Source: Calditrichia bacterium (GTDB lineage: Bacteria; Calditrichota; Calditrichia; JAJRVZ01). Taken from it: 64,000 nucleotides of DNA. A model generated the notes under the pieces. The model saw nothing but the letters and a program-made list of their open reading frames with translations, had not been told where the DNA came from and did not search any database. Shown here one piece after another: positions 53,653 to 64,000 of the stretch. Within the stretch, counting starts at the first letter, position 1. Each line of letters opens with the position of its first letter. A program made the translations under genes and the position numbers. The DNA is taken from assembly GCA_963777955.1 (NCBI GenBank), contig CAVZSQ010000022.1, positions 928,001 through 992,000 on the forward strand. The letters are read 5' to 3'.

Positions 53653-54009
53653 ATGAAAATAAATACTGCCCGGGCCACTGCCCGGCATGACCGCAGGCGG
53701 ATTGCCGCAATCAAAAAAGAAATCCCGGAGCAGGGCAGACTAATCCGTCTGGCGCAACTCTTTGCCGTGCTGGCTGATCCGACCAGACTTAAAATTATGA
53801 TCAGTTTGCGCAATGAGGAACTTTGCGTACATGAAATAAACGAACTAGTCGGACCATCACTTTCGGCAGTTTCACACCAGTTGCGTATTTTGAAAGCCAT
53901 GCATCTGGTCAAATTCCGTAAGCAGGGTCAGGAAGTATACTATACCCTGGATGATGATCATATTAAAAAGTTGATCGATCTGGCCGGAGAGCATATAAAT
54001 GAACTCTAA
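53653..54009 (+). CDS. ArsR/SmtB family metal-sensing repressor
   Basis: LADPTRLKI, ELCV, SAVSHQLRIL, alpha5-type DDDH...HINE. Confidence 0.92.
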   Translation: MKINTARATARHDRRRIAAIKKEIPEQGRLIRLAQLFAVLADPTRLKIMISLRNEELCVHEINELVGPSLSAVSHQLRILKAMHLVKFRKQGQEVYYTLDDDHIKKLIDLAGEHINEL

Positions 54010-54042
54010 ATCCCGGGTTATTCAGGGGGAAATCCAGAGTCT

Positions 54043-56183
54043 ATGAACGATTCGATCATCCGTAACCAGTACGCTGTTGCCGGCATGGATTGCGCGGAGT
54101 GTGCAAGCCATGTGGAACAGGAAATATCTAAAATCGCAGGGATAACCTCGGTGCAGGTGAATGCTGTGACCGGTAAAATGCATATCTCCTCACGCCAGCA
54201 CATAGCCGAACAGGTTATCCAGCAGGCAGTAAGTCTGGCCGGTTATACTCTTATAGCCCAGTCCGGCGCAGCGGACCCGCAGGCCGGGCAGGAAACCAAA
54301 AATATACCCCTGGCCGCAAATAATGGTAAAGTGCTCTTACCTGCTCTATTATCCGTATTTTTTATTCTGGCGGGACTAGCTGCTGATCATCTTTTTCAAT
54401 TTCCGGATCTCAGCGCAGCTCTGTATCTGGCAGCAATCATCAGCAGTGGTTATCACATGGCTGTCAAGGGAGTTAAAGAAGCTCGTTCGATTCAGGCTGG
54501 GAATGAACTTTCTGATGACGGTGGCGGTCGGCGGCGCCGTGATTATCGGCGACTGGCTGGAAGGGGCCACGGTTGTTTTCTTATTCGCGCTGGCCCGCTA
54601 TCTGGAAGATCGTACCATGGACAAGGCCCGGCGTTCTATCGGAAACCTGATCGAGCAGAAACCCAGGACTGCCACCCGGATTATCGATCAGCAGCATGTA
54701 CTGGTACCGGTCGAAGCGGTCGCAGCCGGGCACCTGCTGGCGGTTAAGCCGGGTGAGCAAATTCCGGTAGACGGAAAGATCGAACAGGGAAATTCCACGG
54801 TAGATCAATCCAGTATTACCGGTGAAAGTATGCCGGTGGCATTGGCAGTGGGCGATGCGGTATATGGCGGCACCCTGAATCAGAACGGTTTTCTGGTTAT
54901 CCGTGCTGAACGTTCGTTCAGCAATTCGACTTTTTCGAAAATAGTCGAACAGGTAGTTGAGGCGCAGGCTCAAAAAGCTCCCCGGCAGAAGTTTATCGAT
55001 ACGTTCGCGAGTTTTTACACACCTGCCGTACTGGTGATCGCAATTCTGATTTCCTTGATACCTCCGCTGTTTTTTGCCGCACCATTTATGGACTGGTTCT
55101 ATCGCGCACTGGTCATGCTGGTGATAGCCTGTCCCTGTGCCCTGGTAATTTCGACGCCGGTGACAATAGTCAGTGCCCTGACCGCAGCCATGCGCCGCGG
55201 TATCCTGATCAGAGGGGGTCTGCACCTGGAGAATTTTGCGCACCTGCGGGCTATAGCTTTTGATAAAACCGGTACACTGACCGAAGGTAAATTCAAGGTG
55301 CAGCAGGTTTTTCCGGTCGGGGAGCATAGCCCTGAACAAGTGCTGCAGATAGCTGCTTCCCTGGAAAATAAATCAAACCATCCTATCGCCCGGGCCATCT
55401 GCAAGCAGGCCGACCTGAATAATATCCGCCCGGCTGAAGTGCGTGATTTTTCATCACTCGCCGGGCAGGGGCTGGAGGGTGTGATCGACAACCAGCGCTA
55501 TGTGTTAGGGAATCATAAATTATTCGAACAGCGCAACCTGTGCAAAACTGAAATTCATGGATTATTAGATAACATCGAGGATCAGAATCACACGGCTGTG
55601 CTGGTAGGTAACCAGACTACCGTTCTGGGTATTATCAGTATCGCCGATTCCGTCAGGGCGGAGGCTGCAGTCTGTCATACAGCAATTGAAGAAACAGGGC
55701 ATCCGTAGAATGGTCCTGCTGACCGGGGATAATCATCGCACCGCGGCAGCGGTAGCCGAAGGCCTGCGGCTGGACGATTATGCGGCCGAATTATTACCGG
55801 GTGATAAAGTCGAAATCCTGAAAAAATTAAAAACTGAATTTCGTAGCATCGCTATGGTTGGTGACGGAGTAAATGACGCTCCGGCTCTGGCCAGTGCCGA
55901 TATCGGCATTGCCATGGCTGCCGCCGGCTCGGATGTGGCTATTGAAACGGCCGATATCGCTTTGCTGGATGATCATCTGGGCAAACTGGGGGTGCTGCGA
56001 AAATTGAGCACCATGACCCTGCGTCTGATCAAGCAAAATATTGCAGTGGCCCTGGGTCTCAAATTGATTTTTCTGATCCTGGCCGCCCTGGGCCTGGCCA
56101 CTTTATGGATGGCCGTTTTCGCCGATATGGGCGCCAGTCTGATTGTTATTCTTAATGGCCTGCGGGTGTTATCCCCCAAATAA
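54043..56183 (+). CDS. cadA: P1B-2 heavy-metal (Zn/Cd/Pb) ATPase, CadA/ZntA-like (frameshifts ~54490, ~55667)
   Basis: GMDCAEC HMA, TGES, ACPCAL, DKTGT, HP, TGDN, GDGVNDAP, KQNI, FADMG. Confidence 0.88.
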
Positions 56184-56321
56184 TAAACTTGCTGGTCCGA
56201 AAGTCCCCAATTTTTCCTTGCAACAATTTTGATATTTTATTACTTTCTTTTTCTATATTGCGACCGTTTGTAAGTCACTATAATTGATAATATTTATCTC
56301 TGCTGTGATAAAGGAGGGAAT

Positions 56322-58412
56322 TTGAAAGTTTACAAGTCTGATCAATTAAGGAATATTGCCTTGGGGGCGCATGGCGGTGCAGGAAAGACCAGTCTGGTTG
56401 AGGCCATGTTATTTAATATGGGGGAAATCACCAGAATTGGTAAAGTCGAACAGGGCTCCACGGTATCTGATTACAATGATGAAGAGATTGAACGGCAGAT
56501 CTCGATCGGGGCATCTTTACTGCACGGCGAATGGGAAAACTTCAAAATAAACGTGGTGGATACGCCGGGATATACCGATTTTTTCGGCGAAGTAGTCGGC
56601 GCGTTCCGTGCGGTTGACAGTGTTATGGCGCTGGTATCGGCCACGGGCGGGGTGGAGGTGGGCACTGAACTGGTTTGGGAAGAAGCCGAAAAGCAGAAAT
56701 TACCGCGAATTATAGTGGTTAACCGCCTGGATAAGGAAAATGTAAACTTTGATTCTATTTTTGCCGCTTTACAGCAGAGTTTTGGACATAAAGTGGTGTT
56801 GGCTCAAATCCCTATTAAAACGGGACCCGGCTTCAACCAGATAGTCGACCTGATCCGTATGAAAGTTATGAAGTATACTACCGATGGCAGCGGTAACTAC
56901 AGCGAAGAAAACATACCGGCTGATCTGCAGGCAAGATCTGCCGAATTACATTCAAAATTAATCGAGGCAGTGGCTGAAAGCGATGATACCCTGATGGAAA
57001 AATATTTTGCCGCAGGGCAGCTAACCGAGGATGAATTTAAAATCGGTCTGCGCAAAGCTATCCTCCGCCAGGAGGTTTTTCCTGTTTTTTGTACGGCAGC
57101 TGCGGATAATGTGGGGATCAGACGGCTGAACGATGTTATCGTCAATTTTATGCCCGCTCCTGTTGATATGCCGCCGGTCAGCGGCAAAGATGACTCCGGG
57201 AAGGAAGTCCAGCGTCACTGTGATATTACCGCACCTGCCTCGGCGCTGGTGTTCAAGACCGTATCGGAAGCCCATGTCGGCGAATTATCCTATCTGCGCG
57301 TTCTTTCCGGTGCCGTGAAAACAGGCGACGATCTGTACAACGTTGACCGCGGCCGTTCCGAACGAATCGGTCAACTCTTCGTGCTGAACGGCAAGAATAA
57401 AAAGAATGTGGAACGTATTCTGGCCGGAGACCTGGGGGCCGTGGTGAAATTGAAGGAAACGCATACCAGTAATACACTATGCGACAAAAGCAAGGTGATC
57501 ATTTATCCGCCCATTGACTTTCCCAAACCCAAAATCCGTACGGCCATTGTCCCCAAAGCTAAAGGGGATGAAGAAAAAATCAGTACCGGCCTGCATAATC
57601 TGCATGAAGAAGATCCTACTTTCATCGGCCAGTATGATGCAGAATTAAAACAAACCATAGTCTCCGGCCAGGGTGAACTGCACTTACAGAGTATCCTGAA
57701 ACGGTTGAAAAACAAGTATCATGTCGAGGTGGTGGAAGAGGAGCCCAAGATTCCTTACCGTGAAACAATCAGAAGCAAATCCGAAGCTCAGGGTAAATAT
57801 AAAAAGCAGTCGGGCGGCCGCGGACAATACGGTGATTGTCATCTGCGTCTGGAAAAAATGGAACGCGGTAAGGGCTTTGAATTTGTCGATGCCATCGTAG
57901 GCGGCGTAATTCCCGGCAAGTACGTGCCTGCGGTCGAAAAAGGGGTAGTGGAACGTATGGCCAGAGGGGTTCTGGCCGGGTATCCGGTCGTGGATGTGCG
58001 GGTATCCTGTTTCTATGGCAGTTATCATGCCGTGGATTCTTCGGAAATGGCTTTTAAAATTGCCGGTTCTATGGGCTTTCAAAAAGCTTTTTTGGAGGCC
58101 AAGCCGGTATTACTCGAGCCGATCTACACCCTTTCGGTAAAAATCCCCGAGGAGTTCATGGGTGATATAATGGGTGATATTTCCAGCCGCCGTGGTAAAA
58201 TCATAGGTATGGACAGTGATGGGCGTTTCCAGGTGATCAATGCTCAGGTTCCCCTTTCCGAACTGCATAAATATTCGACTTTATTGAGATCAATGACCCA
58301 GGGACGCGGTATTCATACTCAAAACTTTTCACACTATGAGGAAGTACCTACAGAAATCGCCGAAAAAATAATTTCCCTGTCGAAAAAGGAAAAAACTGTA
58401 GAGGAAGAATAA
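56322..58412 (+). CDS. fusA: Elongation factor G (EF-G2-like paralog outside the str operon)
   Basis: GAGKTSL, DTPG, NRLD, GQGELHL, KQSGGRGQYG, GSYHAVDSSEMAF; TTG start after AAGGAGG. Confidence 0.9.
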   Translation: MKVYKSDQLRNIALGAHGGAGKTSLVEAMLFNMGEITRIGKVEQGSTVSDYNDEEIERQISIGASLLHGEWENFKINVVDTPGYTDFFGEVVGAFRAVDSVMALVSATGGVEVGTELVWEEAEKQKLPRIIVVNRLDKENVNFDSIFAALQQSFGHKVVLAQIPIKTGPGFNQIVDLIRMKVMKYTTDGSGNYSEENIPADLQARSAELHSKLIEAVAESDDTLMEKYFAAGQLTEDEFKIGLRKAILRQEVFPVFCTAAADNVGIRRLNDVIVNFMPAPVDMPPVSGKDDSGKEVQRHCDITAPASALVFKTVSEAHVGELSYLRVLSGAVKTGDDLYNVDRGRSERIGQLFVLNGKNKKNVERILAGDLGAVVKLKETHTSNTLCDKSKVIIYPPIDFPKPKIRTAIVPKAKGDEEKISTGLHNLHEEDPTFIGQYDAELKQTIVSGQGELHLQSILKRLKNKYHVEVVEEEPKIPYRETIRSKSEAQGKYKKQSGGRGQYGDCHLRLEKMERGKGFEFVDAIVGGVIPGKYVPAVEKGVVERMARGVLAGYPVVDVRVSCFYGSYHAVDSSEMAFKIAGSMGFQKAFLEAKPVLLEPIYTLSVKIPEEFMGDIMGDISSRRGKIIGMDSDGRFQVINAQVPLSELHKYSTLLRSMTQGRGIHTQNFSHYEEVPTEIAEKIISLSKKEKTVEEE

Positions 58413-58428
58413 TTATTATCTACCTGCG

Positions 58429-58459
58429 TAAAGCCCGGGGTTAAAACCATCGGGCTTTA
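58429..58459 (+). terminator. Stem-loop after fusA
   Basis: taaagcccg...cgggcttta. Confidence 0.5.
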
Positions 58460-58480
58460 TGCTCAAAGCAGGGGTTGATT

Positions 58481-58984
58481 ATGGATCATCTATGGGCGCC
58501 CTGGCGCATGGAATATATTCTGGAATCGCAGGAACCTAATCCGGTTTGCATATTTTGCAGTTTCCCTGCAGAAAACAGGGATTCTAAAAACCTGATTTTA
58601 TACCGTTCCGAACTTTGCTTTGTGATGCTTAATAAGTTCCCCTACAATAACGGCCACCTGCTGATCATTCCCTTCAAACATGAAGCAGATCTGACCCGGT
58701 TTGCTGACGACATAGTAGTCGATCTTCATCATACCCTCAGCAAATCCATACAGGTTTTACAGCAGGTGATGAGTCCTCATGGCTTGAATATCGGCATCAA
58801 CCTGGGCCGAACCGCCGGAGCAGGGATAACTGAACATCTGCATTACCATCTGGTACCGCGTTGGAATGGCGATACGAACTTCATGCCTGTATTGACGGAC
58901 ACTAAAGTTCTATCCGAGGCATTGACAAAAACCTGGGAAAAACTGAATCAGGCCTTCGGCAATCATACAGATCCGGCCAAATAA
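58481..58984 (+). CDS. HIT family protein (Ap4A phosphorylase/hydrolase-like)
   Basis: LWAPWR, CIFC, LNKFPYNNGHL, HLHYHLVPRW.GDTNFM. Confidence 0.92.
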   Translation: MDHLWAPWRMEYILESQEPNPVCIFCSFPAENRDSKNLILYRSELCFVMLNKFPYNNGHLLIIPFKHEADLTRFADDIVVDLHHTLSKSIQVLQQVMSPHGLNIGINLGRTAGAGITEHLHYHLVPRWNGDTNFMPVLTDTKVLSEALTKTWEKLNQAFGNHTDPAK

Positions 58985-59049
58985 CAGGGCTGTACCTTTT
59001 CTGTTTTCAAGATCTGGATTAATCTGGCAACCACTATTTTAAGCAAGCA

Positions 59050-60282
59050 ATGGCGATTCTAATCCACAACATTTCAAGATTATATACTCCCGACGAACAA
59101 CAGGGCTATGGTGCGCTACAGGAAATCAGAAATCCGCAAATTCTGATTCGTGAAGGTCTGATCGAGGAAATCCGCACTGATCACGGTAAAGCAGGGCATT
59201 ATTCCGAAGTACAGATGCTGGATGGCCAGGGCTGCTGTATTCTGCCGGGATTTGTCGATGCTCACACGCATCCGGTATTCTGGAAAACCCGGGAGCAGGA
59301 ATTCATTATGCGTCTGAGCGGCAAATCGTATGAAGAAATTGCAGCAGCCGGCGGTGGAATCCGTAACAGTGCCCGCGAATTCCAGAAAGCCGCTAAAGAG
59401 GAAATCAAACAGGTCACGGCGAAACGCCTGCGAACTTTTCTGGAATATGGTACCACCACCATCGAGGCTAAAAGCGGATATGGTTTAACCGTAACTGCCG
59501 AAGTAAAGTCTCTGGAGATTATCGCCGAGTTAAACCGGGAACAGCCGTTGCAGATGATTCCCACCTTTATGGGTGCCCATGAAATACCCGATGCCTACCG
59601 GAATCAACGCGGGGAGTATATCCGGCAGATTGTCGAGGAAATGATCCCATTGGTAGCACGGCGCGGACTGGCTGAATACTGTGATGTGTTTTGTGAACAG
59701 GGGGTTTTTACCGTTGCCGAGTCGCGTCATATTCTGGAAACGGCCAGACAGCATGGGTTACTGGCCAGGATACATGCCGATGAATTGCACGCCTCCGGCG
59801 GAGCAGAACTGGCTGCCGATCTGGGGACGGTAACCGCTGACCATTTGCTTAAGGTTACCCCCGAAGCTATCATCGCTTTGAAACGCGCCCGGGTAATTCC
59901 GGTCCTGCTGCCGCTGACTACATTTTTCCTGCGTAAGGATCAATATGCTCCGGCCAGAAATTTTATTGACCAGGATTGTCCGGTGGCTCTGGCTACCGAT
60001 TTCAATCCCGGCAGTTCCATGAGTCAAAATATGCAACTACTCTGGTCAATTGCTGCGCTTAAAATGGGCTTGTTGCCTGCTGAACTGCTGTGGTCTACAA
60101 CCATCATTCCGGCACGTAGTATAAACCGCGCTGCCCAACTCGGCAGTATCGAGCGGGGAAAACAGGCTGATTTAATTTTTCTTGATATTCCCAATCTGGA
60201 TTACCTGGCCTATCATATGGGCATCAATCATGTTATCCTGACTATGAAAAAGGGCGAGGTAGTATTTCACAGGAAATATTGA
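59050..60282 (+). CDS. hutI: Imidazolonepropionase
   Basis: PGFVDAHTH, YEEIAAAGGGI, EAKSGYGL, FMGAH, DVFCE, HADE, ADHL, ATDFNPGS. Confidence 0.93.
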   Translation: MAILIHNISRLYTPDEQQGYGALQEIRNPQILIREGLIEEIRTDHGKAGHYSEVQMLDGQGCCILPGFVDAHTHPVFWKTREQEFIMRLSGKSYEEIAAAGGGIRNSAREFQKAAKEEIKQVTAKRLRTFLEYGTTTIEAKSGYGLTVTAEVKSLEIIAELNREQPLQMIPTFMGAHEIPDAYRNQRGEYIRQIVEEMIPLVARRGLAEYCDVFCEQGVFTVAESRHILETARQHGLLARIHADELHASGGAELAADLGTVTADHLLKVTPEAIIALKRARVIPVLLPLTTFFLRKDQYAPARNFIDQDCPVALATDFNPGSSMSQNMQLLWSIAALKMGLLPAELLWSTTIIPARSINRAAQLGSIERGKQADLIFLDIPNLDYLAYHMGINHVILTMKKGEVVFHRKY

Positions 60283-60386
60283 ACGATAAAATTCTGACTT
60301 TTCGGCAGAGGCCGGCTGTTGACTTTAAACAGACCTTTTATTATTTTAATCAGTTAAAAATAAATAAGTTATCTCATCTCGCATAA

Positions 60387-61547
60387 ATGGAAACGAATCC
60401 GGATCTCAAATATAACGACATAAAAACAGAAATCGGGTTTTATGGTTCGTCACCCGAAATAGAGGAGATTGTCCGGATTGTAACAACAATCGCTCCTACC
60501 GACATTTCTGTGCTGATTGTGGGCGAAAGTGGAACGGGTAAAGAACTTGTGGCGCGGGCGATCCATCGTCTGAGTAAACGGGCAGAGCAACCGCTGATTT
60601 CTGTCAATACCGGTGCTATTCCGGAAGGAATCCTGGAAAGTGAACTATTCGGGCATGAGAAAGGATCCTTCACCGGAGCAGTAGGACAGCGCAAGGGTTA
60701 TTTTGAGTCTGCCAATCATGGTACGATATTCCTGGATGAAATAGGAGAAATGTCCTTGAACACCCAGGTCAAACTGCTGCGTGTACTGGAAGAAAATGAA
60801 TTTATGCGGGTTGGCGGTACTCAAACGCAAAAAGTCGATGTGCGGATTATCGCCGCCTCCAATAAAAATTTAGAGTTGGCGGTAAAGAATAATGAATTCA
60901 GACAGGATCTGTATTTTCGCCTGAAGGCGATAAAAATAGATGTACCCCCTTTACGCAGGAGAAAGACCGATATAGCGGTACTGGTAAAAAAATTTGCAGC
61001 CGATTTCTGTACCAGCCAGAATATCCGTTTTAAGGGATTTTCTCCAGATGCTCTGCAGAAAATGCAGGAATATGATTGGCCGGGGAATATACGCGAGTTG
61101 AAAAATTTTGTGGAGACCGCTATTATTATTAATAAAGGGGAAGTAGTAAACTCCGCCTATGTTCTGGCTAATTTATCGTTTTACCAGGATGAGGGCGGTT
61201 CCAAAAACTTACCGGTACCCCTGAACATGTCTCCGGAGCGCGCCGAAAGGGAGATCATCTACCGGACCCTGTTATCGCTGAAATTGGATATTGCGGAAGT
61301 CAAAAAAATAGTAATGGCCATGCAACCCGGACCGGCCAACGAGCAGGCCTATGAAATTCCTCCGGGGCCGGAAGTGATTGCGTATGATGATAAAAATGAA
61401 TTAAAACCGACTACCCTGGCTAACATGGAGCGGGAAATGATCAAGCAGACCCTGAAAGATTTTGAAGGTAGCCGGCGCAAAACAGCCAGGGCTCTGCAGA
61501 TCAGTGAACGTACTTTATACCGGAAAATCAAAGAATATGGTCTTTAG
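60387..61547 (+). CDS. Sigma54-interacting AAA+ activator with Fis HTH and no N-terminal sensor domain
   Basis: GESGTGKE, ESELFGHEKGSFTGA, FLDEIGE, FRQDLYFRL, WPGNIREL, ISERTLYRK. Confidence 0.92.
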   Translation: METNPDLKYNDIKTEIGFYGSSPEIEEIVRIVTTIAPTDISVLIVGESGTGKELVARAIHRLSKRAEQPLISVNTGAIPEGILESELFGHEKGSFTGAVGQRKGYFESANHGTIFLDEIGEMSLNTQVKLLRVLEENEFMRVGGTQTQKVDVRIIAASNKNLELAVKNNEFRQDLYFRLKAIKIDVPPLRRRKTDIAVLVKKFAADFCTSQNIRFKGFSPDALQKMQEYDWPGNIRELKNFVETAIIINKGEVVNSAYVLANLSFYQDEGGSKNLPVPLNMSPERAEREIIYRTLLSLKLDIAEVKKIVMAMQPGPANEQAYEIPPGPEVIAYDDKNELKPTTLANMEREMIKQTLKDFEGSRRKTARALQISERTLYRKIKEYGL

Positions 61548-62046
61548 ACGTCTCGCGCTGGGAACGATTCTGCTGCTGGCTGGAATCATGGCCGGTTGTA
61601 TCTATTCATTTAAAGGATCGCTGCCGTCATATATAAGAAATGTAGCGGTACCCCTGTTCGATGATAATACCGCTTATCCGAACGTTCGTGAAAATCTCAC
61701 CAATTCAGTCATTGCCGGTTTCACCAATGATAATACACTAAAGGTAAGCTCAGAAGCGAATGCCGATATAATCATCAGCGGTACCATTATGTCCATTTCC
61801 CGGCGGGCGGCTGTACTGACCAGCGGGGAAGAGGTGGAAAGTTATCAAATGTTTGTCAATGTAAAGGTAAAATGCGAGGATATTAAAAATAATAAAACCA
61901 TGTGGGAGAAGAATCTGAGTGCCTTCGGCATTGTGTCGGACACGGCCACGCAGGATGAAATTGATACCGCCATCAAAGAGGCCATCGAAAAAATATCGGA
62001 AGATATTCTGAATAACACCTTAGCTGAACTGGTAATAAGATGTTGA
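61537..62046 (+). CDS. lptE: LptE-like lipoprotein
   Basis: Lipobox MAGC-IYSFKG, overlaps the activator stop; 3' end probably ...LANW* after removing one base. Confidence 0.7.
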   Translation: MVFRRLALGTILLLAGIMAGCIYSFKGSLPSYIRNVAVPLFDDNTAYPNVRENLTNSVIAGFTNDNTLKVSSEANADIIISGTIMSISRRAAVLTSGEEVESYQMFVNVKVKCEDIKNNKTMWEKNLSAFGIVSDTATQDEIDTAIKEAIEKISEDILNNTLAELVIRC

Positions 62047-63488
62047 ATGAGCTTGTCCTGAATCTATACTTGATAGCTCTGCTGGTACTGGGCATCTTCA
62101 GTGTTGAAGCGCTCTACCTGGTCTACAGGTATTTGCGGGGGCGTAATAAAAAGAAAGCACAGCCAAGCGCCGATCACTTTCCACCGGTCACTATTCAGTT
62201 GCCTATTTACAATGAAGTATATGTAGCCAAACGCCTGATCCAGGCGGTGTGTGAATTGGAGTATCCTAAAGACAAACTGGAGATCCAGGTACTGGATGAT
62301 TCAACCGACCAAACCCGCCGGATCTGCCGGGAACAGGTGGAGTTTTTCAGCCAGGCCGGTTTTGATATCCATTACCTGCACCGGCAGTTGCGCCAGGGCT
62401 TTAAAGCCGGTGCCTTGCAGGATGCACTCAGGGTAGCCCGGGGGGAGTTTATCGCGATCTTTGATGCCGATTTCCTGCCGCAAAAGGATTTTTTAAAAAA
62501 GACTGTTCCTTTTTTCAACGATGAAAAAGTGGGCATGATCCAGACCCGCTGGGAGCATCTCAACGAAGAATTTTCATTTGTTACCAAAGCACAGGCCTTC
62601 GGGCTGGCCGGGCATTTTGCCATTGAACAAAACGGACGCAATGCGGCGGGGTATTTTATAAATTTTAACGGCACCGCCGGTATCTGGCGTAAAAGTTGTA
62701 TCGAAGATGCAGGCAGCTGGCAGGCTGACACCCTGACTGAAGATCTTGATCTGAGTTACCGGGCCCAATTAAAGGGCTGGAAATTTCTGTTTCTGGATGA
62801 TGTAGTTACTCCTTCAGAACTGCCTGCCGAAATTAATGCCTTAAAAAGCCAGCAATATCGCTGGACCAAAGGTGCCGTGGAAACAGCCCGCAAGATCCTG
62901 CCGCGTCTGTGGAAAAGCAAACTGCCCTTCGGCTTGAAAATACATTCCACCTTGCATCTGACCAGCAATATGAGTTATCCCTTTTTACTGATTTTAGCAT
63001 TATTGAATTTACCTTTCGTGATCATCAAACGGCATTTCCCTGACTCATCGCTTTATACTTTAATCTTCACTTTCTTTGCGATCTCTTTCACCGCCTCATT
63101 CATTTTTTATGCTGTCTCGCAAAAGTCCCTGTACAACGATTGGAAAAAGCGCTTACTGTTGTTCCCGGTATTCATGTCCGGCAGCATGGGATTTTCTGTC
63201 AACAATACCAAAGCGGTGGTAGAAGGATTATTAAAACTCAGTACACCTTTCATTCGTACGCCCAAATATAAATTAATCGGCCGGGATGGAACGATTCATA
63301 ATAAATCTTACCGGCCCACCCTCGATAAAACAGTGATCGTCGAAATTATCATGGCTATCTATAGTTGCATCGGCATTATTTTTTCGCTTTATTATCGCGA
63401 GTTGGGAATACTGCCGTTTATGCTGATGTTTTTTACCGGTTATAGTTTGATCGGCTATCTGTCAATCAAACATGCTTTGAAACATTAA
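62040..63488 (+). CDS. Processive GT2 (cellulose synthase-like) glycosyltransferase
   Basis: VTIQLPIYNE, DDSTD, GFKAGAL, IFDADF, LTEDLDLS, QQYRW. Confidence 0.9.
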   Translation: MLNELVLNLYLIALLVLGIFSVEALYLVYRYLRGRNKKKAQPSADHFPPVTIQLPIYNEVYVAKRLIQAVCELEYPKDKLEIQVLDDSTDQTRRICREQVEFFSQAGFDIHYLHRQLRQGFKAGALQDALRVARGEFIAIFDADFLPQKDFLKKTVPFFNDEKVGMIQTRWEHLNEEFSFVTKAQAFGLAGHFAIEQNGRNAAGYFINFNGTAGIWRKSCIEDAGSWQADTLTEDLDLSYRAQLKGWKFLFLDDVVTPSELPAEINALKSQQYRWTKGAVETARKILPRLWKSKLPFGLKIHSTLHLTSNMSYPFLLILALLNLPFVIIKRHFPDSSLYTLIFTFFAISFTASFIFYAVSQKSLYNDWKKRLLLFPVFMSGSMGFSVNNTKAVVEGLLKLSTPFIRTPKYKLIGRDGTIHNKSYRPTLDKTVIVEIIMAIYSCIGIIFSLYYRELGILPFMLMFFTGYSLIGYLSIKHALKH

Positions 63489-63505
63489 TTAAGGGGAAAG
63501 ATGCG

Positions 63506-64000
63506 GTGCAGAAACGCATAGAAAAAATAGAGAAAATTCTGGCCAGTAAAAATCTGGAGGTCATGTTTGCCCGGATTGCCTCCAATTTGTTGAAGCGTGA
63601 GAATCTGGAGGAAGCCATTCAGATTTGTGAACATGGCCTGAAGAAATTTTCTACTTATGCCCAGGGTCATTATATCCTGGCCAAATGTTATCAACGCAAG
63701 GGCCTGACTGAAGATGCCCGGGCTGAATTTGAACGCGCCCTGAAATTTGATTTCACGCATATCAATAGCATGCGGGAACTGGCTAAAATCTATAAGGCAG
63801 CGGGTCTTGAAGATTATTATAAGGACTATTTGTTAAAACTTTTTGTGATTGATCCTCTGAATAATGAAATCGCCACTGAAGTTAAAGCGGCCGGTGTATA
63901 TGATGCCTGGATTACCCAGGAGGATGCTGCGCACCGGGTGAAACCTCTGCAGTCCGGACCGGCTGAGGAGGCATTACCGAACCCGGAACAAAATACTGCC
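63506..64000 (+). CDS. TPR protein, runs off the window edge
   Basis: Manual translation from GTG: ...EEAIQICEHGLKKFSTYAQGHYILAKCY..EDARAEFERALKFD; open to the end. Confidence 0.7.
   Translation, partial: MQKRIEKIEKILASKNLEVMFARIASNLLKRENLEEAIQICEHGLKKFSTYAQGHYILAKCYQRKGLTEDARAEFERALKFDFTHINSMRELAKIYKAAGLEDYYKDYLLKLFVIDPLNNEIATEVKAAGVYDAWITQEDAAHRVKPLQSGPAEEALPNPEQNTA

Noticed and set aside
52232..56183. ahcY and cadA as pseudogenes or programmed frameshifts
   Set aside because: Breaks are single extra bases without slippery heptamers and match the window-wide error pattern.

Overview
Bacterial chromosomal window, probably from an FCB-superphylum organism such as Calditrichota or KSB1. This is inferred from the QNYPNPFNP C-terminal sorting domains, futalosine-pathway mqnA and the sigma54-activator/lptE pair. 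Housekeeping blocks (YfhO-like/GT2, mqnA, clpC; pgi, gdh, bioY, ahcY, ArsR-P1B ATPase, fusA paralog, HIT, hutI, lptE) flank a ~22 kb accessory patchwork (~13.2-35.6 kb). All genes there are on the + strand, with truncated and fused ORFs, decayed attC-like sites and many intergenic palindromes. About 17 apparent frameshifts all repair by removing one base, so they are most likely assembly errors. No rRNA, tRNA, CRISPR array, integrase or transposase was recognised. The best candidate for an undescribed system is glutamate dehydrogenase abutting a ~1060-aa protein that joins a sensor-like N-terminus, an incomplete PEP-synthase/PPDK ATP-grasp module and a C-terminal Pol-beta-type nucleotidyltransferase, possibly a GDH-modifying regulator.
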